A DNA stretch of 64,000 nt from contig VGDY01000003.1 of assembly GCA_016869555.1 (NCBI GenBank), positions 2,206 through 66,205 of the forward strand, read 5' to 3'. The notes under the pieces were generated by a model. That model was given only the letters and a program-made list of their open reading frames with translations, had not been told where the DNA came from and made no database searches. The stretch comes from Alphaproteobacteria bacterium (lineage in GTDB: Bacteria > Pseudomonadota > Alphaproteobacteria > Rhizobiales > Beijerinckiaceae). The position numbers and the translations under genes are program-made. Shown here piece after piece: positions 9,396-22,085 of this stretch (position 1 is its first letter; each line of letters starts with the position of its first letter).

Positions 9396-10229
9396 CTATG
9401 CGCGTCCGGCGCCTGGCGTCGACGCGAAATCTCTTCCGAGGCCGTAGCGCGCAAGCGTTGTGGCGAGCAGTCCCGAAGGTTGGAGGCCGCTGGTGAAGAT
9501 CGCGCGGCGCGCGGCCGGTCCGTCTCCCGGCGCGCCGGCGCCAAACCGCTCGCCGAGCAACTGATCGGCGCGGCGCGCGATCGCCGGCGCGGGGTCGATC
9601 CATTCCACCGGCCAAGGCGCCAGCCGTTTGAACTCCTCGATGAGCAGCGGGTAGTGCGTGCAGGCGAGCGTGACGGCGTCGGTGCGCCGGCCGCCTTCTT
9701 CTCTAAAGCAGGGCGCGATTTCGGCGACGATGTCGGCGTCGCTCACCCGTTCGCCATGCATGTAGCTTTCGGCGAGGCGCGCCAGGCGTTGCGAACCGAC
9801 GAGCGTCACCGAACAATGGCCCGCGAATTGCGCGATGAGGTTTTGCGTGTAATCGCGCGCGACCGTGCCCGGCGTGCCGAGCACGGAAATCATCCTCGAC
9901 CGCGTGCGCTCGGCCGCCGGTTTGATCGCCGGCACGGTCCCGACGAAGGGCACATTCGGCCAGTGCAGCCGCAAATCGGGCAGGACGATCGTCGACGCGG
10001 TGTTGCAGGCGATGACGGCCATGTCCGGCGCATGCTCGGCGATCAACGCCTCCATGAGCGTTACAACGCGTTCGACGAGCGCCGGTTCTTTCCATGATCC
10101 GTAGGGAAAGCCCGCGTCATCCGCGCAATAGAGATAGTCCGCGTGCGGGCGCAGCTTGGCGATCTCGGCAAAGACCGTGAGGCCGCCAAGGCCGGAGTCG
10201 AAGATGAGGAGTTTGGGCGGTCGGGTCAT
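9396..10229 (-). CDS. murI: Glutamate racemase
   Basis: FDSGLGGLTV, ACNTAS and LACTHYP catalytic motifs. Confidence 0.97.
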   Translation of the reverse strand: MTRPPKLLIFDSGLGGLTVFAEIAKLRPHADYLYCADDAGFPYGSWKEPALVERVVTLMEALIAEHAPDMAVIACNTASTIVLPDLRLHWPNVPFVGTVPAIKPAAERTRSRMISVLGTPGTVARDYTQNLIAQFAGHCSVTLVGSQRLARLAESYMHGERVSDADIVAEIAPCFREEGGRRTDAVTLACTHYPLLIEEFKRLAPWPVEWIDPAPAIARRADQLLGERFGAGAPGDGPAARRAIFTSGLQPSGLLATTLARYGLGRDFASTPGAGRA

Positions 10230-10288
10230 GCGGCGCTAATCCTTGGAACCGATAGCACAAGCTCGCCAATCAAAGTCGACGCGCAGAT

Positions 10289-10320
10289 ATTGACCAGTTA
10301 ATTAAACCAGTTTAAAAAAA
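10289..10320 (+). promoter_or_regulatory. AT-rich putative promoter/operator of the TA operon with ACCAGTT direct repeat
   Basis: TTGACCAGTTAATTAAACCAGTTT lies immediately upstream of the antitoxin ATG; TA operons are typically autorepressed. Confidence 0.4.
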
Positions 10321-10323
10321 ATT

Positions 10324-10569
10324 ATGCGAGAAGTGCAGGCCTCCGACGCGAAAGCCCATCTGGCGGAGCTTCTGACCGCCGTCGAGCGCGGTGAAACGAT
10401 CGTCATCACCCGGCATGGGCGCCGCATCGCGCGCTTGGCGCCGGAAGCCGGTCTCGAACAGGCCGAGATCGATCGGGCCATCGACGATTTGGCGCGCTTT
10501 CGCGAACGCTCGAAAAAAGCGCCGCTGCAGGACCTGCTCGGCGCGCGCCATCATGGCCACAAATATTGA
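10324..10569 (+). CDS. Phd/YefM family antitoxin
   Basis: MREVQASDAKAHLAELLTAVERGETIVITRHGRRIARL is a classic Phd N-terminus; overlaps the toxin start. Confidence 0.92.
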   Translation: MREVQASDAKAHLAELLTAVERGETIVITRHGRRIARLAPEAGLEQAEIDRAIDDLARFRERSKKAPLQDLLGARHHGHKY

Positions 10570-10970
10570 CCGGCTTTGTTATCGACGCCTCGATCCTTGC
10601 GGGCTTCGCCCTTGCCGACGAACGCCCGCCGCGCGCGATCAGATCTATTGAACGCCTTCGCAGCGAGACGGCGGTCGGGCCTACCGTATTGTTCTTCGAG
10701 ATTCGCAATGTGCTCCTGGTCAGCGAGCGGCGGCGCCGATTGACGGCAACTGAAACTGAAGAGCTTCTTCGCGTCATCGCGCGCCTGCCGATAAGGATCG
10801 ACGCGGGCTGCGAGGAGAGACGCCTCATGTCGCTGGCGCGCAAGCATCGGTTGACGGCCTATGACGCCGCCTATCTCGAACTCGCCTCGCGAGAAGGGAT
10901 CGCGCTCGCGACGCTTGACGCAGAATTGGAGCGCGCCGCCCGAGCGGAAGGCGTCGCGCTTGTCGAATAA
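10566..10970 (+). CDS. vapC: VapC family PIN-domain toxin
   Basis: FVIDAS, EIRNVL, LTAYDAAYLELA and LATLD PIN acidic motifs. Confidence 0.92.
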   Translation: MTGFVIDASILAGFALADERPPRAIRSIERLRSETAVGPTVLFFEIRNVLLVSERRRRLTATETEELLRVIARLPIRIDAGCEERRLMSLARKHRLTAYDAAYLELASREGIALATLDAELERAARAEGVALVE

Positions 10971-10973
10971 GAT

Positions 10974-11876
10974 TCAAAACGGCAGGTTGAAAACCCTGGC
11001 CGGCGCGAGCGCCCCTTGGACGATTTCGCCAAAAGCGACCGGCACGCCGCCGCAGGCCGCATAGACGACGCCCTCATGCGGCGCGTCGCGGCCGCGCAGA
11101 ATCACCGAGCCGCCGCGCCGCAGCCGCGCCGCCATATCGCGATCGACGACGACGCATGGCAGCTCCGCCAATCCGGCCTCGACCGAGAGCAACGCTTCTG
11201 CGGCCATGTTCTGATTTTCGATCTCGTCGAGCGTATAGGCGTCTTCTTCCAGGAAGGGGCCAACGCGCGTGCGTCTCAGCGCCGTGACATGGCCGAAACA
11301 GCCCAGCACGCGGCCAAGATCGCGGGCGAGCGCGCGCACATAGGCGCCCTTGCCGCACTCCATGACGAAGGTCGCGTCGTCGCGCGAGGCTTCGATCAGC
11401 GTCAGCGAGTCGATCCTGACCGCACGGGGCTTCAACTCGACATGCTCGCCCTCGCGGGCAATGTCATAGGCGCGCTCGCCGGCGATCTTGATCGCCGAAA
11501 ATTGCGGCGGCGTCTGCAAAATCTCGCCGGTGAACTGTGGCAGCAAATGTTCGACGGCGGCGCGCTCCGGCCGCGCCGCGCTCTCTTGCGTCATGCGTCC
11601 GTCAGAATCGTCCGTGTCAGTCTCGACCCCCCACCGCACGGTAAAGCGATAGGCTTTCTCGCCGTCCTGAACGAAGGGCACGGTCTTGGTCGCTTCGCCG
11701 AAGGCGACCGGAAGAATGCCAGAGGCGAGCGGATCGAGCGTGCCAGCATGGCCGGCTTTCTGCGCATTGTATGTGCGCTTGAGGCGCGACACCGCCTGCG
11801 TCGAAGTGAGACCGACAGGCTTATCCAGCGCCACCCAGCCGTCGACGATGGCGCGGTCTGATTTTTTCTTGCTCAT
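10974..11876 (-). CDS. truB: tRNA pseudouridine(55) synthase
   Basis: [12 protein letters not shown] and PPQFSAIK motifs; follows rbfA. Confidence 0.98.
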   Translation of the reverse strand: MSKKKSDRAIVDGWVALDKPVGLTSTQAVSRLKRTYNAQKAGHAGTLDPLASGILPVAFGEATKTVPFVQDGEKAYRFTVRWGVETDTDDSDGRMTQESAARPERAAVEHLLPQFTGEILQTPPQFSAIKIAGERAYDIAREGEHVELKPRAVRIDSLTLIEASRDDATFVMECGKGAYVRALARDLGRVLGCFGHVTALRRTRVGPFLEEDAYTLDEIENQNMAAEALLSVEAGLAELPCVVVDRDMAARLRRGGSVILRGRDAPHEGVVYAACGGVPVAFGEIVQGALAPARVFNLPF

Positions 11877-12301
11877 TCCTTGACGCCATCCTCTTCGGCG
11901 TCGTCGCCGTCGGCGAGATCGCGCTTCACACGGTCGGAGCTGAGCAGCGCGTCGATGCGCGAGACATTGTCGAATGTGTCGTCGATACGAAAGCGGATTT
12001 CCGGCGCGAATTTCAAATTCACCTCATGTGCAATTTCCCCGCGCAGAAACCGCTTATGACGATCGAGCGCGGCGAGCACCTCGGGCTCGTCCTGGCCGCC
12101 AAGCGGAATGACGTAAATCGTCGCGAGCTTGAGGTCAGGACTCATCTTCACGCGCGAGACGGTGACGACATGCTTTTCCAGCACGGGATCGTTGATGTCG
12201 CCGCGCGAGAGCATCTGCGCCACAGCGTGGCGCACGAGTTCGGCGACGCGCAACATGCGCTGCGACGGCGCGGAGCCGGCGGAATGGTGGGATCGGGACA
12301 T
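11873..12301 (-). CDS. rbfA: Ribosome-binding factor A
   Basis: RMLRVAE, MSPDLK and LKFAPEIRF motifs; start reset to 12301 because the track start lies inside the palindromic repeat. Confidence 0.96.
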   Translation of the reverse strand: MSRSHHSAGSAPSQRMLRVAELVRHAVAQMLSRGDINDPVLEKHVVTVSRVKMSPDLKLATIYVIPLGGQDEPEVLAALDRHKRFLRGEIAHEVNLKFAPEIRFRIDDTFDNVSRIDALLSSDRVKRDLADGDDAEEDGVKE

Positions 12302-12328
12302 GGGTCTTTGCCGAAATGAGTCTTGGTT

Positions 12329-12461
12329 CGCGTCATGCCCGCGCTTGTCGCGGGCATCCACGCATTCTGCGTCTGAGCGTCAAGACGATTGGCGCGGAAC
12401 GCGAATTTCAGAGTCGCCGCGCCCCACCGGAGATGGCCGGGACAAGCCCGGCCATGACGCG
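12329..12461. repeat. Rhizobiales-type intergenic palindromic (REP/RIME-like) element
   Basis: Inverted termini cgcGTCATGCCCGCGCTTGTCGCGGGCATC ... GATGGCCGGGACAAGCCCGGCCATGACgcg, each itself a hairpin; lies between infB and rbfA. Confidence 0.85.
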
Positions 12462-12467
12462 GCGGCG

Positions 12468-15074
<2,607 letters not shown>

Positions 15075-15104
15075 CCAGTTCCCGATCCTGGGTCGCTCGA
15101 CCCG

Positions 15105-15776
15105 TTAACCTTCTGTCGCGCAGCCGTCTGGCTCCGCCTCGATGTCGTCGCCTGTCGTCGTCGCGCCGTCGATGCTTACGCCCCGATAGGCGGCAAGTCG
15201 ACGGCATCGCGCGACAAAAGCCGTGCTCGCCCCGCCCTCGGCGAGGGCAGCATGTATCACATTTGTGCGGCCCAACGCCAAATCCAATTGCACCGACGAA
15301 AATAAGCCGATGACGGGCGCCGCGGATTCTCCGCGCCGCGCCGCTTGGGCAAGCTTCCGCTTGCCGTCTTCGCCGCCGTCGGACGCTTCGACGAGCGCGC
15401 CGACGCCGCGGCGCGCGAGCGCGTCGGCGACCTTGCCGAAGCCCGCCACGACGGCGCCCGCCTTGTTGGCGAGCGACAGCATCCGTAGACAATCGGCTTC
15501 GAGCAACCGGTCGACATCTTCGCTAAGCTGCGGTTCGGCGTCGACGCGCGCTTTCAACGAGCGCGCGAACAAATGCTTGCGCGCCGCCTGCGCGACGAGC
15601 TCGGCGCGGGCCGTCACCCAGACGCCGCGGCCAGGCAGGCGCGCCGCAATGTCGGGCGCGAGCGCGCCGTCGGGTCCGCGCACGAAGCGGATCATCGCCT
15701 CGGGCGCGCCACGCCGGCGCGTCACGATGCAAGTCCTCTCCGAAACATGTGGTTCGCGCGCCATGGCCGCCATCAT
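15105..15776 (-). CDS. RNA-binding protein YlxR/DUF448 with L7Ae-like domain
   Basis: ERTCIVTR...IRFV...PGRGVW motif; conserved position between nusA and infB. Confidence 0.9.
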   Translation of the reverse strand: MMAAMAREPHVSERTCIVTRRRGAPEAMIRFVRGPDGALAPDIAARLPGRGVWVTARAELVAQAARKHLFARSLKARVDAEPQLSEDVDRLLEADCLRMLSLANKAGAVVAGFGKVADALARRGVGALVEASDGGEDGKRKLAQAARRGESAAPVIGLFSSVQLDLALGRTNVIHAALAEGGASTAFVARCRRLAAYRGVSIDGATTTGDDIEAEPDGCATEG

Positions 15777-15781
15777 GCCGG

Positions 15782-17377
15782 CTATTGGCCTTCCGCCTGA
15801 GCTTCAGCTTCGACCTCGGCCGCCGCAATGGGCTCCTCGATCCAGCCGGCGCGGACGCGCGCCGTCATGATCATCGATTCGGCCTCTTCGCGCGACAGGT
15901 CGATGCCCTCGAAAAACCCCTCATGCTTGACCGTCTCGCCATCCTTCTTTTCGCTCCAGCCGACAAGGTCGTCCGGCACGCAGCCGGCGAAATCCTCGAT
16001 CGTCTTCACGTCGTTTTCGCCGAGCCGCACCATCATCGCGGTCGTCATCCCGTCGATCTCGCGCAATTCGTCGGCGACGCCAAGCTCTGTTCGGCGCGCT
16101 TCATTCTCGGCCTCGATGCGCTCAAGATAATTCTTCGCGCGGTTTTGAATCTCGCCCGCCGTGTCTTCGTCGAAGCCTTCGATCGACGCGAGTTCGGAAA
16201 GCTCGACATAAGCGAGCTCCTCGACCGAGCGGAAACCCTCCGAAGCCAGCAGACGGCCCACGACCTCATCGACGTCGATCGCGCCCATGAACACTTTCGT
16301 GCGCTCGATGAATTCCCTTTGCCGGCGTTCCGACTCTTCGGCCTCGGTCAGAATGTCGATATCCCAGCCGGTGAGCTGCGAGGCGAGGCGCACATTCTGG
16401 CCGCGGCGGCCGATCGCGAGCGACAGCTGATCGTCCGGCACCACCACCTCGATGCGCGAACTGTCTTCGTCGAGGACCACCTTGACAACTTCCGCGGGCT
16501 GCAGCGCATTGACGATGAAGGTCGCGGCGTCCGCCGACCAGGGAATGATGTCGATGCGCTCGCCCTGCAGCTCGCCGACGACGGCCTGCACGCGGGAGCC
16601 GCGCATGCCGACGCAGGCGCCGACCGGGTCGATGGAAGAATCGCGCGACACCACGGCGATCTTGGCGCGCGAGCCGGGATCGCGGGCCACAGACTTCACC
16701 TCGATGACGCCGTCATAGATTTCGGGCACTTCCTGCTTGAACAGCTTCGCCATGAATTGCGGATGGGTGCGCGACAGGAAAATCTGCGGACCGCGCTGCT
16801 CGCGGCGCACGTCGTAAACATAGGCGCGCGCGCGATCGCCGGGCCGGAACATTTCGCGCGGGATCATTTCATCGCGGCGGATGATCGCTTCGCCGCGGCC
16901 AAGATCGATGATCACATTGCCATATTCGACGCGCTTCACCACGCCGTTGACGATTTCGCCGATGCGATCCTTGTATTCTTCATATTGGCGGTCGCGCTCG
17001 GCCTCACGCACCTTCTGCACGATGATCTGCTTGGCCGACTGCGCCGCGATGCGGCCGAAGTCGAAGGGGGGCAGCGTTTCCGAAATCCAGTCGCCGGCCT
17101 GCGCCGCCGGATTGCGTTTGCGAGCGTCGGCGAGCGAAATCTGCGTCGCGTCGTTTTCGACTTCTTCGACGACAAGCAACAGCCGCGAGAATCGAACTTC
17201 GCCGGTCTTGGCGTTGATCTCGGCGCGCACTTCGGTCTCCTGGCCGTAGCGCGAGCGCGCCGCCTTTTGCAGCGCATCTTCCATCGACGCGATGACGATC
17301 GATCGATCGATCGATTTTTCGCGCGCAACGGCGTCGGCGATCTGCAATATCTCAAGTCGGTTGGCGCTGACGGCCAT
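15782..17377 (-). CDS. nusA: Transcription termination/antitermination factor NusA
   Basis: [23 protein letters not shown] and [12 protein letters not shown] motifs. Confidence 0.99.
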   Translation of the reverse strand: MAVSANRLEILQIADAVAREKSIDRSIVIASMEDALQKAARSRYGQETEVRAEINAKTGEVRFSRLLLVVEEVENDATQISLADARKRNPAAQAGDWISETLPPFDFGRIAAQSAKQIIVQKVREAERDRQYEEYKDRIGEIVNGVVKRVEYGNVIIDLGRGEAIIRRDEMIPREMFRPGDRARAYVYDVRREQRGPQIFLSRTHPQFMAKLFKQEVPEIYDGVIEVKSVARDPGSRAKIAVVSRDSSIDPVGACVGMRGSRVQAVVGELQGERIDIIPWSADAATFIVNALQPAEVVKVVLDEDSSRIEVVVPDDQLSLAIGRRGQNVRLASQLTGWDIDILTEAEESERRQREFIERTKVFMGAIDVDEVVGRLLASEGFRSVEELAYVELSELASIEGFDEDTAGEIQNRAKNYLERIEAENEARRTELGVADELREIDGMTTAMMVRLGENDVKTIEDFAGCVPDDLVGWSEKKDGETVKHEGFFEGIDLSREEAESMIMTARVRAGWIEEPIAAAEVEAEAQAEGQ

Positions 17378-17379
17378 CG

Positions 17380-18135
17380 TTACTCTCCCCTCGAACGGCC
17401 GGAGGGCTTTGGTTTGCCGCCGACCTTCTTGAACTGGGTTTGAACGCCGGCGGGAGCCAGCGGTTTTTGTTTTTGTGGCGCGGGACCGCGAAATCGTCCC
17501 GGTCCGCGTCGCGGACGCTCCTCGGATTCCGACCCATCCGGCATGTCTTCCGCCTGCTGATGCTTGCCGGCGCGCAGCGACTCGCGGATCAACGCCTCGG
17601 TTAGCACCAGCCGGCCTTCTTCGAGATCGGCGAGCGGTAGCGAAACGGCATTTTCCTCGTCCGAACGGGCGTCGGTACGCTCAAGCGCGAGCAGTGCGCC
17701 ATGGCCTTCGCCTTCGACCCCGCGAATGATTCCGCGAAAGCGCTTTCGCCCGCTTGCGAGCGGATGCGTCAATTCGATCTTGGCGTCATGGCCCATGGCG
17801 CGCAGAAAATCCGACAGGCGCACGAGCTGACGGTCGACGCCGGGCGATGAAATCTCCAATCGATATTCATTGGCGATCAGTTCGGCGACGTCGAGTTCCG
17901 GCGACAGCGCCTGGCTAGCCGCCTCGCAATCGTCGATCGTCATCGTGCCGTCCGGCCGCTCCGCCATGATCTGCAAAGTCTGTCCGTTCTGCTGCAAGAG
18001 CCGGACGCGAACGATCCGGTAGCCCAGCTGCGCCAGCACCGGCTCGGCCAGATGCGCGACGCGCGCGGCGACGCCGGTCTCGGCGACGAGACGCGGTTCG
18101 TCGAGGGTCGCGATGGCGGCGGCGTTTTGCGTCAA
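17380..18135 (-). CDS. rimP: Ribosome maturation factor RimP
   Basis: [10 protein letters not shown]...DCEAAS...[12 protein letters not shown] and GRKRFRG motifs; probable TTG start at 18135. Confidence 0.95.
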   Translation of the reverse strand: MTQNAAAIATLDEPRLVAETGVAARVAHLAEPVLAQLGYRIVRVRLLQQNGQTLQIMAERPDGTMTIDDCEAASQALSPELDVAELIANEYRLEISSPGVDRQLVRLSDFLRAMGHDAKIELTHPLASGRKRFRGIIRGVEGEGHGALLALERTDARSDEENAVSLPLADLEEGRLVLTEALIRESLRAGKHQQAEDMPDGSESEERPRRGPGRFRGPAPQKQKPLAPAGVQTQFKKVGGKPKPSGRSRGE

Positions 18136-18163
18136 GCTTTGCCCTTTAAACTCTCGACCGATC

Positions 18164-18200
18164 AAAACAAAAAGAGCGGGTCCCCGGAGGGCCCCACTCT
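18164..18200 (-). promoter_or_regulatory. rimP leader terminator-like hairpin (putative attenuator)
   Basis: Minus strand AGAGTGGG-GCCCTCCGGGGA-CCCGCTCT followed by TTTTGTTTT, about 30 nt upstream of the rimP start. Confidence 0.7.
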
Positions 18201-18536
18201 CAATCGGCGATCATCCGAGAATGATCGTTATGAGATGAAGTTGGGCCTTATATGGCAGGAGAAACTCGGAAAATCAAGAAAAACCGTCGCTGCGCAACGC
18301 TCGCCCCCGGCGCAGGCCGCCGACGGCGCAGTCCTAGCCCAGCTTTGCGCGAACTTCGCGCAAGCGCGCATGTTGACCTCGCGTCGATGCGCTCATAGGT
18401 TCCGGCGAGTCTGACGCTGCTCATCGATCGCCGTCGGTCGGGCGCGGCCGCAATGCGACATTGTGGAGATCATTATCAGAACGCGAATTTCCCCGACGGC
18501 GATCGTCGTCGACCCTAGTCGATTTCGCTCGCGCGC

Positions 18537-20492
18537 ATGCGCCAGGCCGAGGCGCTGAATTTGCCGCCGTCGGTCGCCGCCAGTGACCCCGTGGCCGTGG
18601 AGGCCGCGCGCGACGTTCGTCGCGACGAAGAGGAATTCTTCGCGCTGTCGCGGGAACCTTGGCTGCGCATTTGCGCGTTGCAGGGGATTTCTCGCGGCGG
18701 CGTTATCGAACTTCGCTATGCGGCTAGCTTTTACGACGAGCCGGCGCGGCCAATCCTGCGATTCTGGCAGGGCGAGAGCTTCGAGGAGACCATTCTTCCC
18801 GGGCCCTGTGAAGGCGCGGGCGTATGGATCGGGCGCGTACCGCGCGAAACGACGGAAATCTGGATAAGCCCGACGCATCGCCCCGGTCCCTTCAACTTCC
18901 GCATATTGAGCGCGCGGCCGGTTAGTCGGCTCGAGGCGCTGCGCAAAGCGGCGGCGGCGCCCAAGCGCCTGTTCTTCGCGCTTTCCGCCGGCATGGTCGG
19001 ATTGAGCGCGGAAGCGGAGCTTAACTGGCGCTGGGCGTTCGGCGCCGAGCCGATGTCCGCCTATCCTTCCTGGCGCGCCGCGCGAATCCGAGAGTTCGAC
19101 CCCACATTCGATCGGCCCCGAACCGATTGGACGAACGGGCCGAGAGTGGTCGCGCTTGTCGATGAGCGCGGCGCGGCGCCGCAGGAGATTGAATCGACGC
19201 GTGCGAGCCTGGCGGCGCAGAGCTATTCGAATTGCGCTATCTTTGCAACGACGGTCGACGCCCGGATCGACGCGCGCGATCTCGTCTTGCCGCTCGTCGC
19301 CGGCGATCGGCTGGAGCCTTACGCCTGCGGCTATCTTGTCGAGCATTTCGCCCGCCATCCGCAACATGCCATCGCCTATGCCGATGAGACGGTCGGCGAG
19401 GGCGACGCTCTGCGACCGCTCTATAGACCCGGCTGGAACGCGACGCTTCATCGCTTCGAAAATTACGTCGGCCGCGCCGCCTGTTTTCGCGCCAGACTGT
19501 TGGCGGAGCGTCCCGACTGGCGGGAGGCCGGACCGGACGAACTGATCGATGGGCTGTTGTCAGCCGCGCGACAGGACGAAGTCGGCGCGCTGCGCCGGCC
19601 CATATTTCGCCTTGCGCGCGCGGCGAAAGCGCGGCGAACGACGATCGACGCCGTCTTTCGCGACAGGACCCCGGCAGTGACCGTCGTCGTCCCGACGCGC
19701 GACCGCGTCGATCTGCTCGCGCCCTGTCTCGACAGCCTGCTGGGCAGGAGTCTTTACCCCCAATTTGAGGTCGTCGTCGTCGACAATGACAGCGTCGAGC
19801 CGCGCACGCTGGCGTTGCTTCAGGCGCTGCAGGCGAAAGACGCCCGGCTCAAGGTTCTGCACACGCAAGGACCCTTTAATTTTTCCGCGCTTTGCAACGC
19901 CGGCGCGCGGACAGCGCGTGGCGATTTCCTGGTTTTCCTCAATAATGACACGGAAATCGTGACGCCGGACTGGATCGAACGCCTGCTCTATTTCGCGATT
20001 GCGCCCGACGTCGGGGCCGTCGGCGCCAAGCTCCTCTATCCTCGCGGCGGCGTGCAGCACGTCGGCGTCTTGCTGGGCATGGGCGGCGTCGCGGGCCATT
20101 ACGGCGCCGGCGTCAGCGAAAGCGACCGCGGCTGGATGAACCGCAATGTCTGTCCGCACGAGGTTTCCGCTGTGACCGGCGCCTGCATGATGATCGAGCG
20201 AGGCAAATTTGATGCGGTCGGCGGCTTCGACGATGTCGACCTTCCTGTCGAACTGAACGATGTCGACCTGTGCCTGCGCTTAAACGCGCGAGGTTGGCGC
20301 TCGATCTGCAACACGCAGGCCAGATTGATCCATCATCAGTCGGCAAGCCGCAAAGGCGGCTCGATCCGTCTACAGCGCGTCCACCAAAGGGAACGCTCCG
20401 CGTTCTACGCGCGCTGGCGCGCCGTCGTTCGCGATGATCCGCATTTCCATCCGGGCCTGTCGCTCTACGCCCCGGCCGAAGCCTTACCGTGA
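18537..20492 (+). CDS. Glycosyltransferase family 2 protein
   Basis: VVVPTRDR, VVDNDS, FNFSALCN, FLNNDTE, SAVTGACM and NDVDLCL GT2 motifs. Confidence 0.92.
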   Translation: MRQAEALNLPPSVAASDPVAVEAARDVRRDEEEFFALSREPWLRICALQGISRGGVIELRYAASFYDEPARPILRFWQGESFEETILPGPCEGAGVWIGRVPRETTEIWISPTHRPGPFNFRILSARPVSRLEALRKAAAAPKRLFFALSAGMVGLSAEAELNWRWAFGAEPMSAYPSWRAARIREFDPTFDRPRTDWTNGPRVVALVDERGAAPQEIESTRASLAAQSYSNCAIFATTVDARIDARDLVLPLVAGDRLEPYACGYLVEHFARHPQHAIAYADETVGEGDALRPLYRPGWNATLHRFENYVGRAACFRARLLAERPDWREAGPDELIDGLLSAARQDEVGALRRPIFRLARAAKARRTTIDAVFRDRTPAVTVVVPTRDRVDLLAPCLDSLLGRSLYPQFEVVVVDNDSVEPRTLALLQALQAKDARLKVLHTQGPFNFSALCNAGARTARGDFLVFLNNDTEIVTPDWIERLLYFAIAPDVGAVGAKLLYPRGGVQHVGVLLGMGGVAGHYGAGVSESDRGWMNRNVCPHEVSAVTGACMMIERGKFDAVGGFDDVDLPVELNDVDLCLRLNARGWRSICNTQARLIHHQSASRKGGSIRLQRVHQRERSAFYARWRAVVRDDPHFHPGLSLYAPAEALP

Positions 20493-20780
20493 CGTTAGAC
20501 GCTTGCGCCAGAACCTCGACCCGCTTAATTTGCAGCGCCGAAAAAATTGTCTTCTCCGCCCTCGCCATCGGGCCGCTAGGAAGACCGATCCGTCGATGCG
20601 CTTAATCGATTCAGCCTCATTTGGCACGCCTGGAGCGCTGCTCGCGAAAAAGTGGAACCCGGCCCTTCGCGTTAAACTCGCTCTAAGCTATTAAAATTGG
20701 TGAAGTTATTCGCCTTTAGGCGATTCCGCCGAACCGCGGCGTGGGTGAGCGCATGAACCAGGTCAGCGACTTGAGGGTAG

Positions 20781-22085
20781 ATGAGGACGCATCGGGCTCC
20801 GAGACCGCGTAAACTGTCTGAAGTCATCGCCGCCGCGCAGAACGCGGCGCGCTTCTCGTCGACGAAGGCGATCGAGATTTTCGCTCCGCTAACGGCGAAG
20901 GACGCCACGAGCCGCCTGCCGGCGCTGATTCGCCAAGGCCTCGAAGGCGTGGCGGAAACGATTTCGACCGCTGGGGCGGGCGCAGGCGGCGGAATCGTCG
21001 GACGCAGCTTTATCTATGTCGTTGTTCTGCCGACTTTCCTGTTCTGGCTATACGCCTGCTTCTGGCAGTCCCAACGCTATGTCGCCGAGACGCGGCTGAC
21101 CGTGCGCGCCCAACTTGAAAAAAAAACCGGGACCGACACGGCGTCGATGATCAGTAAATTGACAGGGGGCGGCCCCGACCCCTCCTCGCAAGACGCGTTC
21201 ATCGTCCTCAATTACCTAAAAAGCCGCGCGATCGTCGCCGATCTCGGCGGCCGCGAATACATGGAAAAGAAATTTGCACGCTCCGGCATCGATTATTTCT
21301 CACGGCTCGGCAGAAACGCCAGAGCGGAAGACGTCTGGAAATATTGGCTGAGCCATATTACGGCCAGCGTCGACACCCTGTCCGGCATTTTGACCTTACG
21401 CACCGACGCTTTCCTGCCCAATGATGCGCTTGACGTCGCGCACGACATTGTCAGGCTCAGCGAACAGCTGGTCAATAAGATCACGCTGCGCAATCGCAGC
21501 GACGCCTTGAGCCGCGCCGAGCTCGAAGTCACCCTTTCGCGTCATACGCTTGCCGAGGCGCGCGAGAAGACGCTCCAATTTCGTAACAAGAACGTGATGA
21601 TTGATCCCGGCTCGCGCGCCGCAAGCATCGGCGAACAGATGGCGAAGCTCACTCTGGAGCGCATCGATCTCATCAACGCGCTTTCGACCTTTTCTTCATC
21701 GCTCGACAGCGACGCGCCCAGCCAACGCCTGCAACGCACGCGTCTCGCGGCAATTGACCAGCAGCTCGCGGAGCTTAAGAAGAAGCTCGCAGGCGCCGAA
21801 GCCTCCGACACAGTTTCCGCGCAAATCGCGTCCTATGAGCGCTTGAAGCTCGACGAGCAATTCGCTGAGAAGCTCTACTCGATCGCCCAGAGCTCTTATT
21901 ATCGAGCGCGACAGGAGCTTGAAAAACAGCAGCTCTATCTCATCACCGTGGTCGAGCCGACGCTGCCGGAATCGGCGACCTATCCGAAGGTTGTCGTCAA
22001 CACGGTGCTGCTGTTCTGCGCGCTGCTCGTGGCCTGGGCGGCGATCTCGCTGATCTACGCAAGCATCGAGGATCACATGGTTTGA
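20781..22085 (+). CDS. Capsule polysaccharide export inner-membrane protein (KpsE/CtrB/BexC-like), copy 1
   Basis: N- and C-terminal TM helices, periplasmic coiled coil, YLKSR, SGILTL and LYLITVVEPTLPESATYP motifs. Confidence 0.85.
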   Translation: MRTHRAPRPRKLSEVIAAAQNAARFSSTKAIEIFAPLTAKDATSRLPALIRQGLEGVAETISTAGAGAGGGIVGRSFIYVVVLPTFLFWLYACFWQSQRYVAETRLTVRAQLEKKTGTDTASMISKLTGGGPDPSSQDAFIVLNYLKSRAIVADLGGREYMEKKFARSGIDYFSRLGRNARAEDVWKYWLSHITASVDTLSGILTLRTDAFLPNDALDVAHDIVRLSEQLVNKITLRNRSDALSRAELEVTLSRHTLAEAREKTLQFRNKNVMIDPGSRAASIGEQMAKLTLERIDLINALSTFSSSLDSDAPSQRLQRTRLAAIDQQLAELKKKLAGAEASDTVSAQIASYERLKLDEQFAEKLYSIAQSSYYRARQELEKQQLYLITVVEPTLPESATYPKVVVNTVLLFCALLVAWAAISLIYASIEDHMV

